14,140 nt of DNA from Candidatus Methylomirabilia bacterium (GCA_041492755.1 JBGPXN010000110.1:1-14140), one strand, 5' to 3'. Positions 1 through 8,913 are shown, counted from the first letter of the stretch. Notes: generated by a model not told the origin, from the letters alone. Translations and numbers: made by a program.

Positions 1-15
1 CCTATTGGCGTTTTT

Positions 16-134
16 ACTCGGGGGGGGCCCCCTTTGGCCCCCCCACCCCCCCACTCGGTGGGCCCGCAAACGCCGGCCACTCCTCGGCCCCCCAACGCTC
101 GGGGCGCCCCGGGGGACCCGTGGCGCGCCTCGAA
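16..134. repeat. GC-rich palindromic intergenic element (REP-like/MITE-like)
   Basis: Hairpin GGGGGGGCC (21-29)/GGCCCCCCC (36-44). Second imperfect hairpin at about 100-132. CTCGG recurs at 17, 54, 83 and 98. No credible ORF. Only one copy is in this window, so repeat status is inferred. Confidence 0.4.
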
Positions 135-426
135 TTCCCTCACACCCTCTGAGTCCAGCGTCGCAACGCACTACCCAATTCGTGCCGCGCCCTTCGTCAC
201 CGACCGAAAACGGCCGCGCAGTCGACCGCCCGCCGGCGCGCAGGCGTTCGCAGAATGGGGAAGACCGCTGCACATCGCGTCGTCATCGCGCCTTGGACGC
301 CATTGCGCGATGACTCCTCGATGAGACAGGGGGTCGCGAATTTCGCGGCCACGCGCGGGCCGCGCGGGTCGCCGTCCAGTGTGTAGCACGCTGCAGGGTG
401 CGCAGCGCGTGCGCGAAGCCGGTGTC

Positions 427-442
427 TGGCTCTGGCCTTGCA
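427..442 (+). promoter_or_regulatory. Putative sigma-54 (-24/-12) promoter
   Basis: TGGC-TCTGGCC-TTGCA gives GG-N10-GC spacing, about 40 nt upstream of the ATG at 481. Confidence 0.55.
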
Positions 443-480
443 TTTCCTCTCGTGCGTCGAGGATCGAGGAGGCCCAGCGT

Positions 481-756
481 ATGCGGAAGGTCGTTGCGCC
501 GATCGTCGTGCTGCTCATGGGACTGCTGTACGCGCCCACCACCGCGCAGGCGCTTGTGCCCGCGTTCTTGTCCGAGTATCTGCCGTTCACGACGGCGGAG
601 CCGATCGGCCTGCTCCTCACCGGGATCGCGCTGCTGAGCCTGTCGCGCATCGGCAGCTCTCGCGGACAGGCGACCGAGAGCTGGGGCGCGGCGCCGCCGA
701 CGCGGCCGGCGGCCGCGAAGGCGGCGGACGTCCCGCCCGCTCGCCGCGCGGCATAG
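481..756 (+). CDS. Small exported/membrane protein (91 aa) with signal peptide and PEP-CTERM-like TM segment
   Basis: GAGGAGG RBS at about 466-472 before ATG 481. Signal peptide MRKVVAPIVVLLMGLLYAPTTAQA (AQA cleavage motif), then AEPIGLLLTGIALLSLSR and a Pro/Ala/Arg-rich tail. Confidence 0.7.
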   Translation: MRKVVAPIVVLLMGLLYAPTTAQALVPAFLSEYLPFTTAEPIGLLLTGIALLSLSRIGSSRGQATESWGAAPPTRPAAAKAADVPPARRAA

Positions 757-802
757 CACGCGTCGCCAGACGCCGCGGGCCGGCGTGCTGCCGGCGCCGC
801 CG

Positions 803-827
803 AACGGCCGGCGGCCGTTTTCGTTTT
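803..827 (+). terminator. Putative intrinsic terminator
   Basis: AACGGCC-GGC-GGCCGTT hairpin followed by a T-rich tract (TTTTCGTTTT, 818-827), downstream of the 481-756 ORF. Confidence 0.5.
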
Positions 828-856
828 CCGTACCCGAAGCGTAGAATCAGCCTGCC

Positions 857-1930
857 ATGCTTGAGCTCTTCGATCACATCGATCAACTGCGGCGCTCTTC
901 CGGGCGCGTCACCGTCGCGACCCTCGTCAACACCCGGGGCACCACCCCGCGCAAGGAAGGCGCCAAGATGCTGGTGGGCGAGGGGGGTGACGTGCTCGGC
1001 TCCGTCACCATCGGTGGGTGCGTCGATGCCCAGGTGATCGAGGAGGCCGCCGATGTCCTCGCCGAGATGCGTCCGCGGCTGCTCGAGATGAACCTCGGCG
1101 ACGAGGAAGCCTGGGAAATCGGCCTCACGTGCGGTGGAACCATCGAGGTCTTGCTGGAGCCGGTCGCGCTCGACCGGGCCGACGACGCGACGGCGCGACT
1201 CTACGAACGTGTCCGCGCCCACGCCGCTCAAGGCGGTCACGCCGCGCTCGTCACGCGTCTGGACGGCCAGGCCGGGAAGCTGCTCGTCCTGGACAACGGC
1301 ACGACCGAGGGCTCCCTGGGTGCTCCGTTCCTCGACGAGCGGTTCGTGGCCGAGGCACGCGAGATGCTCCGCGCCGGGAAGTCCGGCACGCTCTTTCTCG
1401 AAGGCGTCCGGGCCTTCGCGGAGGTGCTGGCGCCGCCGGCGCTGCTGCTGGTGGTTGGCGCCGGCCACGTCGCGATGCCGCTCACCGCGCTCGCGCGGGT
1501 GCTCGGGTATCGCACGGTCGTCCTCGACGGCCGGCCCCGCTTCGCCACGCGTGACCGCTTTCCCGACGTGGACGATCTCCGCGTCGGCATTCCGTCCGAG
1601 CTGGTCCAGGACTATCCGCTGACCCGCAGTGCCTCGCTCGTCCTGGTCGCACACGACTACAAGTACGACATGCCGGTTCTCAAGCACGCCCTGACGACCG
1701 AGGTCGGCTACGTGGGCATGCTCGGGTCGTCCCGGCGCGGGGCGACGATCCTCAAGTACCTGGCCGAGGACGGTGTCGACGCCGCGGCCCTCGCGCGCGT
1801 GCGCGTGCCCATCGGGCTCGATCTAGGCGCCCGGAGCGCGCCGGCCATCGCGCTCGCCATCCTCGCGGAGATCCAGGCCGTTCACGGCGGGGGCACCGGC
1901 CAGCCCATGAGCGCCCGGCAGCAGCGATGA
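857..1930 (+). CDS. xdhC: XdhC/CoxI-family molybdenum cofactor chaperone (xanthine dehydrogenase accessory factor)
   Basis: N-terminal XdhC/CoxI motifs (ATLVNTRGTTPRKEGAKM, GSVTIGGCVD, GLTCGGTIEVLLEP). C-terminal Rossmann-like XdhC_C motifs (LLVVGAGHVA, YVGMLGSSRR, PIGLDLGARSAPAIALAILAEI). Confidence 0.92.
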   Translation: MLELFDHIDQLRRSSGRVTVATLVNTRGTTPRKEGAKMLVGEGGDVLGSVTIGGCVDAQVIEEAADVLAEMRPRLLEMNLGDEEAWEIGLTCGGTIEVLLEPVALDRADDATARLYERVRAHAAQGGHAALVTRLDGQAGKLLVLDNGTTEGSLGAPFLDERFVAEAREMLRAGKSGTLFLEGVRAFAEVLAPPALLLVVGAGHVAMPLTALARVLGYRTVVLDGRPRFATRDRFPDVDDLRVGIPSELVQDYPLTRSASLVLVAHDYKYDMPVLKHALTTEVGYVGMLGSSRRGATILKYLAEDGVDAAALARVRVPIGLDLGARSAPAIALAILAEIQAVHGGGTGQPMSARQQR

Positions 1931-2964
1931 AGGCGCTCGCGGTACGCCGGGATTCGGCGACGATCGACTCGCTTGCGGGGACGGTGCTGTGCCACGACGT
2001 CCGCGATGGCGCGAAGATCGTCGCAGGTAAGGGGGCGCGTCTCGACACCGGTTCGGCCGCGACGGTGCTGTCCGCACCGTGGGACGAGGTGCACGTGCTC
2101 GCCATGGAGCCGGGCGACCTGCACGAAGAGGAGGCCGGCGCGCGGCTGGCGGCGGCGGTCGTTGGACAGGGCGTGGAGGTGAAGGGCTACTCGGGTGGGC
2201 AGTGGACGCTCGTGGCCCGCCAGCGGGGGCTACTCGGTGTCCGGCGCGATGCCCTCACCGACGTCAATGCCCACGGTGGAATCTCGGTCTTCACGCTCTT
2301 CGATGGCCAGCCCGTCGAACCCGGCGAGGCGGTGGCCCGCGCGAAGGTCACGCCGCTCGTGATCGCCGCGGACGCGATGACGAGCGTCGAGCGCACGGCG
2401 CGGGCCGCCCAGGGTCTGGTTCATGTGCGCGCCTTCCGGGCGAGCGCCATCGGCGCCGTCGCCCGCGAGCATCTGGAGACGCGGCAGCGGAGCCGGTTCG
2501 AGACCGCCCTCAAGCAGAAGGTCGACTGGCTCGGGGGCCGGCTCCTGCCCGTGCGCTACGCCGCCGCCTCGGCGCGCGCCGTCGCCGATGAGGTGAGGGC
2601 GCTGACCGGTGAGGGAGCCGAGCTGCTGATCGTCGCCGGCGCCAGCGCGCTCGATCCGCTCGATCCCGTGTTTGGCGGGCTGGAGCTGCTCGGCGCCCGT
2701 ATGGAGCGTCACGGCGCGCCGGCCCACCCCGGCAGTTTGCTCTGGCTGGCTCACTGGCAGGGGCGCACGATCTTAGGGATGCCGACCTGCGGCATGTTCT
2801 CCCAGGCGACGACCTTCGACCTCGTGCTGCCGCGCATCCTTGCCGGTGACAACATCGGCAATCGGGAGATGGCCGAGCTTGGTCACGGGGGCTTGCTCTC
2901 GAGAGACATGGCGTTTCGTTTTCCGCCCTATCGCGCCGACGCCGTTCGCGGGGAGCTCGAGTGA
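1927..2964 (+). CDS. Molybdopterin-binding (MoeA/MogA-like MoCF_biosynth domain) protein
   Basis: ATGA overlap with xdhC. Motifs GTVLCHDV, EPGDLHEEEAGARLA, LLIVAGASALDPLD, HGAPAHPGSLLWLA and ILGMPTCGMFSQATTFDLVLPRILAG are typical of truncated MoeA-like proteins found beside xdhC/coxF. Confidence 0.8.
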   Translation: MKALAVRRDSATIDSLAGTVLCHDVRDGAKIVAGKGARLDTGSAATVLSAPWDEVHVLAMEPGDLHEEEAGARLAAAVVGQGVEVKGYSGGQWTLVARQRGLLGVRRDALTDVNAHGGISVFTLFDGQPVEPGEAVARAKVTPLVIAADAMTSVERTARAAQGLVHVRAFRASAIGAVAREHLETRQRSRFETALKQKVDWLGGRLLPVRYAAASARAVADEVRALTGEGAELLIVAGASALDPLDPVFGGLELLGARMERHGAPAHPGSLLWLAHWQGRTILGMPTCGMFSQATTFDLVLPRILAGDNIGNREMAELGHGGLLSRDMAFRFPPYRADAVRGELE

Positions 2965-3428
2965 CGGCGGCGGGCGACGAGACCGCGCGTTCGACCGGTG
3001 GCTCAGTTGCTGCGGTCGATAGAGCTGGAAAGACGGATAAAATCAACGTCAGGGCTGGATACAGCGACGTCATTCGAAGCCGGTGGCGGCGGCCCAAGTT
3101 CCGTGGTGACCTGCCTGGGGCCACGGCCGTGGCTGAAGACGTCAATCCGCTCTGCGGTGATCGGGTCCGGATGGCGGTTGCACTCGACGGGCAGCGGCTC
3201 CGCGCGGTCCGGTTCACGGGCGACTCGTGTGCGATCTGTACGGCCTCGGCCGACGTCCTGGCCGAGCTCGCCGAGGGCCGGGACGCGGGGGACGCGCTCG
3301 CCCTCGGTGTCCCTGATGTGCTCGATGTCCTGGCCACCGACGTCCGGCCGACGCGGATGCGCTGCGTGACGCTGCCGGTGAGCGTGCTTTCCTCCGCGCT
3401 TGGCCGGGCGCGGGACGGTGCGTCATGA
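2961..3428 (+). CDS. SufU/IscU-like (NifU N-terminal) sulfur-acceptor/scaffold protein
   Basis: GTGA overlap with the previous gene. Three conserved Cys motifs: NPLCGD, GDSCAICTASA and RMRCVTLP. Directly upstream of a SufS-type desulfurase. The N-terminal ~30 aa are atypical. Confidence 0.85.
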   Translation: MTAAGDETARSTGGSVAAVDRAGKTDKINVRAGYSDVIRSRWRRPKFRGDLPGATAVAEDVNPLCGDRVRMAVALDGQRLRAVRFTGDSCAICTASADVLAELAEGRDAGDALALGVPDVLDVLATDVRPTRMRCVTLPVSVLSSALGRARDGAS

Positions 3429-4639
3429 GACTCGACGAACAGACGCGCGGCGATTTTCCGATCCTGGACCGGGTCATCAACGGTTATCCGCTCGTGTACT
3501 TCGACTCGGGCGCCTCGAGTCAAAAGCCCAGGATGGTGCTGGAGGCCATGAGCCGCTACTACGAGCGGAGCCACGCCAACGTCCACCGCTCGATCCACAC
3601 GTTGGGCGAGGAAGCCACCGAGCTGTACGAGATCGCACGCGACCGTGTCCAGCGCTTCATCGGCGCGCCCCACCGCGAGGAGGTCGTCTTCACCCGGGGG
3701 ACCACCGACGGGCTGTCGCTCCTCGCCGAAACCATTCGCCGGACCCTGCAGCCGGGCGACGAGATCCTCATCACGGAAATGGAGCACCACTCGAACATCG
3801 TCCCCTGGCAGCTGGCCGCCCGGGACCGGGGCGCCCGGATTCGCGCGATTCCAGTCGGGGACGACGGCCGGTTGATGCTGCAGACGCTCGATGAGTTGCT
3901 CACCTCGCGAACCCGCGTGGTCGCGTTCGCCCACGTGTCGAACGTTCTGGGCACCATCAACCCGGTGGCCGACATCTGCCGGCGGGCGCGGGCCGTCGGG
4001 GCGCTCACGGTGGTCGACGGCGCTCAAGCAGCGCCTCACTTGGCGCTCGACATGTCCGCGCTGGACTGTGACTTCTACGTCTTTTCCGCTCACAAGATGC
4101 TGGGCCCGACCGGCATCGGCGTTCTCTGGGGGCGACGCGCCGTTCTGGAGAGGCTCGAGCCCGGTCGGGGCGGTAGCGAGATGATCAAGGAAGTCTGGAT
4201 CGATCACGCCCAGTGGAACGACCTTCCCTGGCGCTTCGAGCCGGGCACGCCTCCCATCGCCGAGGCCGTCGGCCTCACGGCGGCGGTCGAGTACCTCGAG
4301 AAGCTCGGGATGGAGCGGGTGACCGAGCATGAACGACGGCTCACCGGCCAGACCATGGACGCGCTCAGTGCGATCCCGGGCGTGCACGTGTACGGTCCGC
4401 CGGCCGAGGAGCGCGGAGCCGTCGTCGCCTTCAGCGTCAAGGGCCTGCACCCGCATGACGTGGCCGCGCTGCTGGATGCCGAGGGGATCGCCGTCCGCGC
4501 CGGGCACCACTGCGCCCAGCCGCTCGCGCGGCGCCTGGGCGTGACCGGAACTTCGCGCGCGACCTTCTCCGTCTTCAACTCCCCCGACGAGGTCGCGCTG
4601 CTGGCCCGCGCGGTGGCCGCGCTCCACGACCGGCTCTAG
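3425..4639 (+). CDS. sufS: Class II (SufS-type) cysteine desulfurase/selenocysteine lyase
   Basis: DFPIL, YFDSGASSQKP, EHHSNIVPWQ, DGAQ, PLP-lysine motif FSAHKMLGPTGIG, FEPGTPPIA and the class II catalytic loop RAGHHCAQPL. Confidence 0.95.
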   Translation: MRLDEQTRGDFPILDRVINGYPLVYFDSGASSQKPRMVLEAMSRYYERSHANVHRSIHTLGEEATELYEIARDRVQRFIGAPHREEVVFTRGTTDGLSLLAETIRRTLQPGDEILITEMEHHSNIVPWQLAARDRGARIRAIPVGDDGRLMLQTLDELLTSRTRVVAFAHVSNVLGTINPVADICRRARAVGALTVVDGAQAAPHLALDMSALDCDFYVFSAHKMLGPTGIGVLWGRRAVLERLEPGRGGSEMIKEVWIDHAQWNDLPWRFEPGTPPIAEAVGLTAAVEYLEKLGMERVTEHERRLTGQTMDALSAIPGVHVYGPPAEERGAVVAFSVKGLHPHDVAALLDAEGIAVRAGHHCAQPLARRLGVTGTSRATFSVFNSPDEVALLARAVAALHDRL

Positions 4640-4654
4640 CCGGCGGAACACCGG

Positions 4655-5593
4655 ATGACCATGCCCGCGCCGCGTAACCCCTTCGTGTCTCCGCGATTCG
4701 GCCAGATCGCGACGTTCATGCTGCTGCCCGCGGTGGACTCGCCGGTGGGGCTCGACGTGGCGCTGATGGGTATCCCGTACGACGGCGGCACGTCGTACCG
4801 CACGGGCGCCCGGTTCGGCCCGCGCGCCGTGCGCGAGCAATCCTCGATCATCCGCACGTGGCATCCCGTGCTCAAGGTCCATCCCTTCGAGCGGCTCCGG
4901 GTCGCCGATTGCGGCGACGTCGACGTGGTGCCGATCTCGATCGAGGCGACCTACGCCGCGATCACCCGGCGTCTCGACGAGGTGGTGGCCGCGGGGGCGA
5001 CGCCGGTCTGCGTCGGCGGCGATCACTCCATCACGCTCGCGATCTTGCGGTCCGTGGCGCGGCGCCACGGACCGGTGGGTGTGGTGCACTTCGACGCGCA
5101 TCCCGACACCTGGGACGAGTACTTCGGCAGCAAGTTCTTCCACGGCACGACCTTTCGCCGGGCGGTGGAGGAGGGTCTCGTCGATCCGCGACGGATGATC
5201 CAGATCGGCATCCGCGGGCCACTTTACGGACCGGAGGACTTCGCGTTCCAGGACGAGCACGGGATGGAAGTCATTCGCATCGAGACGGTAAAGGAGCAGG
5301 GCGTGCCGTGGGTGGCCCAGCGGCTGGCGCGTCTTCGCGGCGGTCCCGTCTATTGTTCTTTCGACATCGATGCCGTCGATCCCGCCTACGCGCCCGGCAC
5401 CGGGACACCGGAGGTCGGTGGGCTCACGTCGTACGAAGCCCAGGTGCTGCTCCGATCGCTGGAGGGCCTCTCCCTCGTGGGCGCCGACGTGGTGGAAGTC
5501 TCGCCGCTCTACGACGGTCCCGGGCAGGTCACGGCCCTGCTCGCGGCGAATCTGATGTTCGAGCTCGTGTGCCTGCTGGCACTCGGGCGATGA
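4655..5593 (+). CDS. speB: Ureohydrolase (agmatinase/guanidino-acid hydrolase family)
   Basis: Binuclear Mn motifs GGDHS, HFDAHPD and [22 protein letters not shown], plus GARFGP and DVVEVSP. Substrate specificity cannot be determined from sequence, so the symbol is provisional. Confidence 0.88.
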   Translation: MTMPAPRNPFVSPRFGQIATFMLLPAVDSPVGLDVALMGIPYDGGTSYRTGARFGPRAVREQSSIIRTWHPVLKVHPFERLRVADCGDVDVVPISIEATYAAITRRLDEVVAAGATPVCVGGDHSITLAILRSVARRHGPVGVVHFDAHPDTWDEYFGSKFFHGTTFRRAVEEGLVDPRRMIQIGIRGPLYGPEDFAFQDEHGMEVIRIETVKEQGVPWVAQRLARLRGGPVYCSFDIDAVDPAYAPGTGTPEVGGLTSYEAQVLLRSLEGLSLVGADVVEVSPLYDGPGQVTALLAANLMFELVCLLALGR

Positions 5594-6975
5594 TCCGGCG
5601 CGCTCTGACGCTGGCGTTGCTCGCCGCCGCGCTGGCGGCGGCGGTCGCTCCCGCTCCCGCGGCGAGCCCGGCCGCGCCGGCGGCGAACCCGGCCGTGCCG
5701 GCGGCGACCGGGGCGACGCCGGTGGCCACGATCGAGATCGACGGAGTCATCAACCCCGTCACCCTCCGGCTCGTCGAGTTGGCGATCGAGCGGGCTCGTG
5801 CCGACCGAGCGGCCGCGTTGGTGATCCAGCTCAACACCCCCGGCGGACTCGAGCGCTCGATGCGCTCCATCGTGCAGCGCATTCTCAACGCCGAGGTGCC
5901 CGTCGTCGTCTACGTGAGCCCGACCGGCGCGCGCGCCGCCTCCGCCGGGGTGTTCATCACGATGGCCGCGCACGTCGCGGCGATGGCCCCCGCCACCAAC
6001 ATCGGCGCGGCGCATCCGGTGGCGCTCGGCGGCAGCGTCGACAAGGAAAGCATGCGGAAGATCGAGAACGACGCGGCCGCGTTCATTCGCAGCGTCGCGC
6101 TCGAGCGGGGGCGCAACGCGGACTGGGCGGAGAAGGCGGTGCGACAGTCGGTGTCGATTACCGAGCGGGAGGCCGTCCGGCTCAAGGTGGTCGATCTGAT
6201 CGCCGAGTCGATGCCCGATCTGCTCACCAAGATCGACGGCCGGACGGTACGCACCGCGCGCGGTCCGGTCACCCTGGCCACGCGCGACAGCCCGGTGAAG
6301 GCGATCGAGATCGGCTTCCGGGACCGGTTCCTCAACGTCATCACCGACCCCAACGTCGCCTACGTGCTGATGATGCTCGGCATGCTGGGGCTCTTCTTCG
6401 AGCTGTCGAATCCCGGCGTCATCCTGCCCGGTATCGTCGGAGGCATTTCGCTCATCCTGGCGTTCTTCGCGTTCCAGAGCCTGCCCATCAACTACGCCGG
6501 GCTGCTGCTGATCCTGTTCGGCGTCGTGCTCTTCATCGCCGAGATCAAGATCGTGAGCCACGGCGTGCTGGCCATCGGCGGCGTCATCTCGATGGCGCTC
6601 GGCTCGCTCATGCTCTTCGACGCGCCCGAGGTCGGCTTTCGTGTCTCGTGGGGGGTGATCCTGGTCACGGTGGGCGCCACGGCCGGCCTGTTCCTGGTCG
6701 TGCTCGCGGTCGCCGCGCGCGCGCTCGGGCAGCGGCCGATGGTGGGCGCGTCCGCCCTGGTGGGGCAGGTGGGCGTCGCGCGCGAGCCGCTCACGCCGAG
6801 CGGACAGGTCACGTTGCAGGGCGAGATCTGGCGTGCGGTGACCGACGGCCCGCCGGTCGGGGAGGGAACGCAGGTGCGCGTGGTGGCGGTGGACGGGTTG
6901 ACGTTGCGCGTGGTGGCGGTGGACGGTGTGCCGCAGCGGGTTGTGCCGGCCGGGGACGCAGGAGGCTCGCGATGA
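5590..6975 (+). CDS. nfeD: Long NfeD-family membrane serine protease (ClpP-class N-domain, TM bundle, C-terminal OB fold)
   Basis: True start is ATG 5590 (ATGA overlap), not 4858. Signal peptide; LNTPGG; AASAG (catalytic Ser); [21 protein letters not shown] (catalytic Lys); multiple TM helices; C-terminal [12 protein letters not shown]. Precedes an SPFH gene, the canonical arrangement. Confidence 0.93.
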   Translation: MIRRALTLALLAAALAAAVAPAPAASPAAPAANPAVPAATGATPVATIEIDGVINPVTLRLVELAIERARADRAAALVIQLNTPGGLERSMRSIVQRILNAEVPVVVYVSPTGARAASAGVFITMAAHVAAMAPATNIGAAHPVALGGSVDKESMRKIENDAAAFIRSVALERGRNADWAEKAVRQSVSITEREAVRLKVVDLIAESMPDLLTKIDGRTVRTARGPVTLATRDSPVKAIEIGFRDRFLNVITDPNVAYVLMMLGMLGLFFELSNPGVILPGIVGGISLILAFFAFQSLPINYAGLLLILFGVVLFIAEIKIVSHGVLAIGGVISMALGSLMLFDAPEVGFRVSWGVILVTVGATAGLFLVVLAVAARALGQRPMVGASALVGQVGVAREPLTPSGQVTLQGEIWRAVTDGPPVGEGTQVRVVAVDGLTLRVVAVDGVPQRVVPAGDAGGSR

Positions 6976-7784
6976 TCTCCATGAACACACTGCTGGTACT
7001 GGTCGTCTTCGTCGCCCTGTTTTTCTTCGTCGGATCGTTCGTGCGCATCCTGCGAGAGTACGAGCGTGCGGTGATCTTCCGCCTCGGACGTACCACGCGC
7101 GCCGTGCTCAACCCGGGTGGCGACGGCAACGGCCCCGGCCTCGTCCTCTTGATGCCGTTCATCGACAAGATGGTGAAGGTGCCCCTGCGCACGGTCGCGA
7201 TGGACGTGCCGCCCCAGGACGTCATCAGCCGCGACAACGTCTCCCTCAAGGTGAGCGCGGTGATCTACTTCCGCGTCGTCGATCCCCAGCGCGCGGTCAT
7301 CTCGGTGGAGGACTACCTCTACGCCACCTCGCAGATCGCGCAGACGACCCTGCGCAGCGTGCTCGGTCAGGTCGAACTGGACGATTTGCTCTCGGCGCGC
7401 GACAAGATCAACCAGCAGCTGCAGCGCATCATCGACGAGCACACCGATCCCTGGGGCATCAAGGTGACCACGGTCGAGGTCAAGCAGATCGACCTGCCCC
7501 AGGACATGCAGCGCGCGATGGCCAAGCAGGCGGAGGCGGAGCGCGAACGGCGCGCGAAGGTCATCAACGCCGAGGGCGAGCAGCAGGCGGCCGCCAAGCT
7601 TTCGGAAGCGGCTGAAGTGCTCACCCGCTTTCCCGTCGCCGTGCAGCTCCGGTACTTGCAGACCATGCGCGAGATCGCGTCGGAGCGGAACACCACCACG
7701 TTCTTCCCGCTCCCGATGGACTTGCTGGGCCCGCTGTTCAACGCAGGTCTCTCCAAGCCGAGCGACGGCAAGACCTCGCCGTGA
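6972..7784 (+). CDS. SPFH/band-7 stomatin-like (slipin) protein
   Basis: GGAGG at 6961-6965 and ATGA overlap at 6972. N-terminal [69 protein letters not shown]. Confidence 0.95.
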   Translation: MISMNTLLVLVVFVALFFFVGSFVRILREYERAVIFRLGRTTRAVLNPGGDGNGPGLVLLMPFIDKMVKVPLRTVAMDVPPQDVISRDNVSLKVSAVIYFRVVDPQRAVISVEDYLYATSQIAQTTLRSVLGQVELDDLLSARDKINQQLQRIIDEHTDPWGIKVTTVEVKQIDLPQDMQRAMAKQAEAERERRAKVINAEGEQQAAAKLSEAAEVLTRFPVAVQLRYLQTMREIASERNTTTFFPLPMDLLGPLFNAGLSKPSDGKTSP

Positions 7785-7822
7785 CTCGACGGCAACCGCT
7801 GGCCCCGACCGTAGGGGCCATG

Positions 7823-7828
7823 TAGAAT
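7823..7828 (+). promoter_or_regulatory. Putative -10 element for the tRNA
   Basis: TAGAAT 11 nt upstream of the tRNA 5' end, preceded by a hairpin TGGCCCC/GGGGCCA (7800-7820). Confidence 0.45.
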
Positions 7829-7839
7829 ACCGACGCTTC

Positions 7840-7915
7840 GGGGGGTTAGCTCAGTTGGGAGAGCGCGGCGTTCGCAACGCCGAGGTCGAGGGTTCGAATC
7901 CCTTACCCTCCACCA
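7840..7915 (+). tRNA. tRNA-Ala(CGC)
   Basis: 76 nt. Acceptor stem GGGGGGT/ACCCTCC with the G3:U70 Ala identity pair; D-arm AGCTCAGTTGGGAGAGC; anticodon stem CGGCG/CGCCG with loop TT-CGC-AA; T-loop GGTTCGAATCC; encoded CCA end. Confidence 0.98.
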
Positions 7916-8173
7916 TTTGCAATAACAGCGAGATCAGACCGGTGGCGCGCGATCATCGCGTGCCGTCGCGGCGGGCTCGCTGAGAATGCGCAACGGGCCG
8001 GGGGGGGACTCCACCCGGCCCGTCGTCCATCCGGCGACGTGGCCCCTGAGGGCCTTGTCGACAAACATCGCGGCGCGCTCGCGGCTGGAGTTTGCGTCGC
8101 GGTGGCGCTGATCTCGACTCCAGACCTCGCGCGACTGGTCAGTGGGCGCTCCGTCCAGCACACCCGCCTTTCA

Positions 8174-8383
8174 TCACGGTAAGTTCAGCGCCGCGTCCTC
8201 CGAGCACGGCTGGTCTGCCGGCCGATCGGCGGGCCTGTCCGGGCACTCCAGGGCCGGCGGGTCGAGGCGTTCAACCCGTTCGATCGGCGGCGGGATCGCA
8301 GGCTGGGGTGGCGGGAGCCTGTCGAGCGCGACGCTCAAAAACTGGAGGCCGACGGCGACCAGGAGATGAATGAGAAAGTCCAT
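8174..8383 (-). CDS. Small hypothetical protein (69 aa) with N-terminal hydrophobic segment and Pro-rich tail
   Basis: AGGAG just before the ATG. Hydrophobic stretch MDFLIHLLVAVGLQFLSVAL. Ends in tandem TGA TGA. Co-oriented with the upstream gene. Confidence 0.5.
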   Translation of the reverse strand: MDFLIHLLVAVGLQFLSVALDRLPPPQPAIPPPIERVERLDPPALECPDRPADRPADQPCSEDAALNLP

Positions 8384-8432
8384 GGGCTCCTACCGCTTCG
8401 GGCCGCCGGGATCGATCATCGAGCGGCTGGCC

Positions 8433-8819
8433 TCAGCGCTGGTCACCACCGCCGGCCTGGACCCAGGTGAAAGCGAAGACGCTGACGCGATAGGCGGGCG
8501 CGGCGGCCGGGGCCGGCATCTGGAACGCAGCCCGCATTCCGGGCGGCAGCGTGGTGCCGAGCCACTCGACGCGCTGTCCGGTTACTTCATTGCCAGGGCC
8601 GAGCGACTCCACGAGGAGCCTGACGTCCGCCGCCGGGAATCCCCACTCGTTCTTGACGTACCCGCTCACGTAGGGCGCGCCTTTCCGGCTATCGGGCTGC
8701 CACTCGACGGTGAAGAAGCGCTCCCAACCCCAGATCAGCGGGGTCAGGGTGGCGGCACCGGCGGTGGCGCCGATCGAGAGAGCGAAGATCAAAGCTACCG
8801 CAACGGTTCGGATCCGCAT
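8433..8819 (-). CDS. Secreted beta-sandwich protein (FxLYD-domain-like)
   Basis: Strong RBS GAGGAGG and signal peptide (AGA-A). The pattern VSGYVKN...AADVRLLVESLG...G.V...LPPG.RAAF resembles FxLYD/Ig-like domains. Family assignment is by eye. Confidence 0.75.
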   Translation of the reverse strand: MRIRTVAVALIFALSIGATAGAATLTPLIWGWERFFTVEWQPDSRKGAPYVSGYVKNEWGFPAADVRLLVESLGPGNEVTGQRVEWLGTTLPPGMRAAFQMPAPAAAPAYRVSVFAFTWVQAGGGDQR

Positions 8820-8913
8820 GATCGATCCTCCTCACCCCATCCTACGCCCGGGCGCCCCCACTGATTCCTACCGGGAACGATGAGGCCATCGCTCGTCGAG
8901 CGAATCGGTGTGG

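Noticed and set aside
5..324. ORFs 5..313 and 34..324
   Set aside because: Pro/Arg-rich translations of the GC-rich palindromic element, with no RBS or motifs.
2510..5260. 916-aa minus-strand ORF (also 5509..6990, 617..1687, 6492..7442, 12485..13306)
   Set aside because: Antisense shadows of well-supported high-GC + strand genes, with no recognisable motifs.
4858..5589. N-terminal extension of NfeD in the 705-aa ORF (likewise 6648..6971 for slipin and 12332..12436 for M16)
   Set aside because: The extensions overlap the upstream gene out of frame or cover intergenic/promoter DNA. Better starts have signal peptides, RBSs or ATGA overlaps.
7934..8176. Read-through of TGA TGA joining the 69-aa ORF to the in-frame 75-aa ORF (7934..8161)
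   Set aside because: Tandem UGA is not in a recognisable redox motif, no domain continues across it, and the downstream ORF has no recognisable features.
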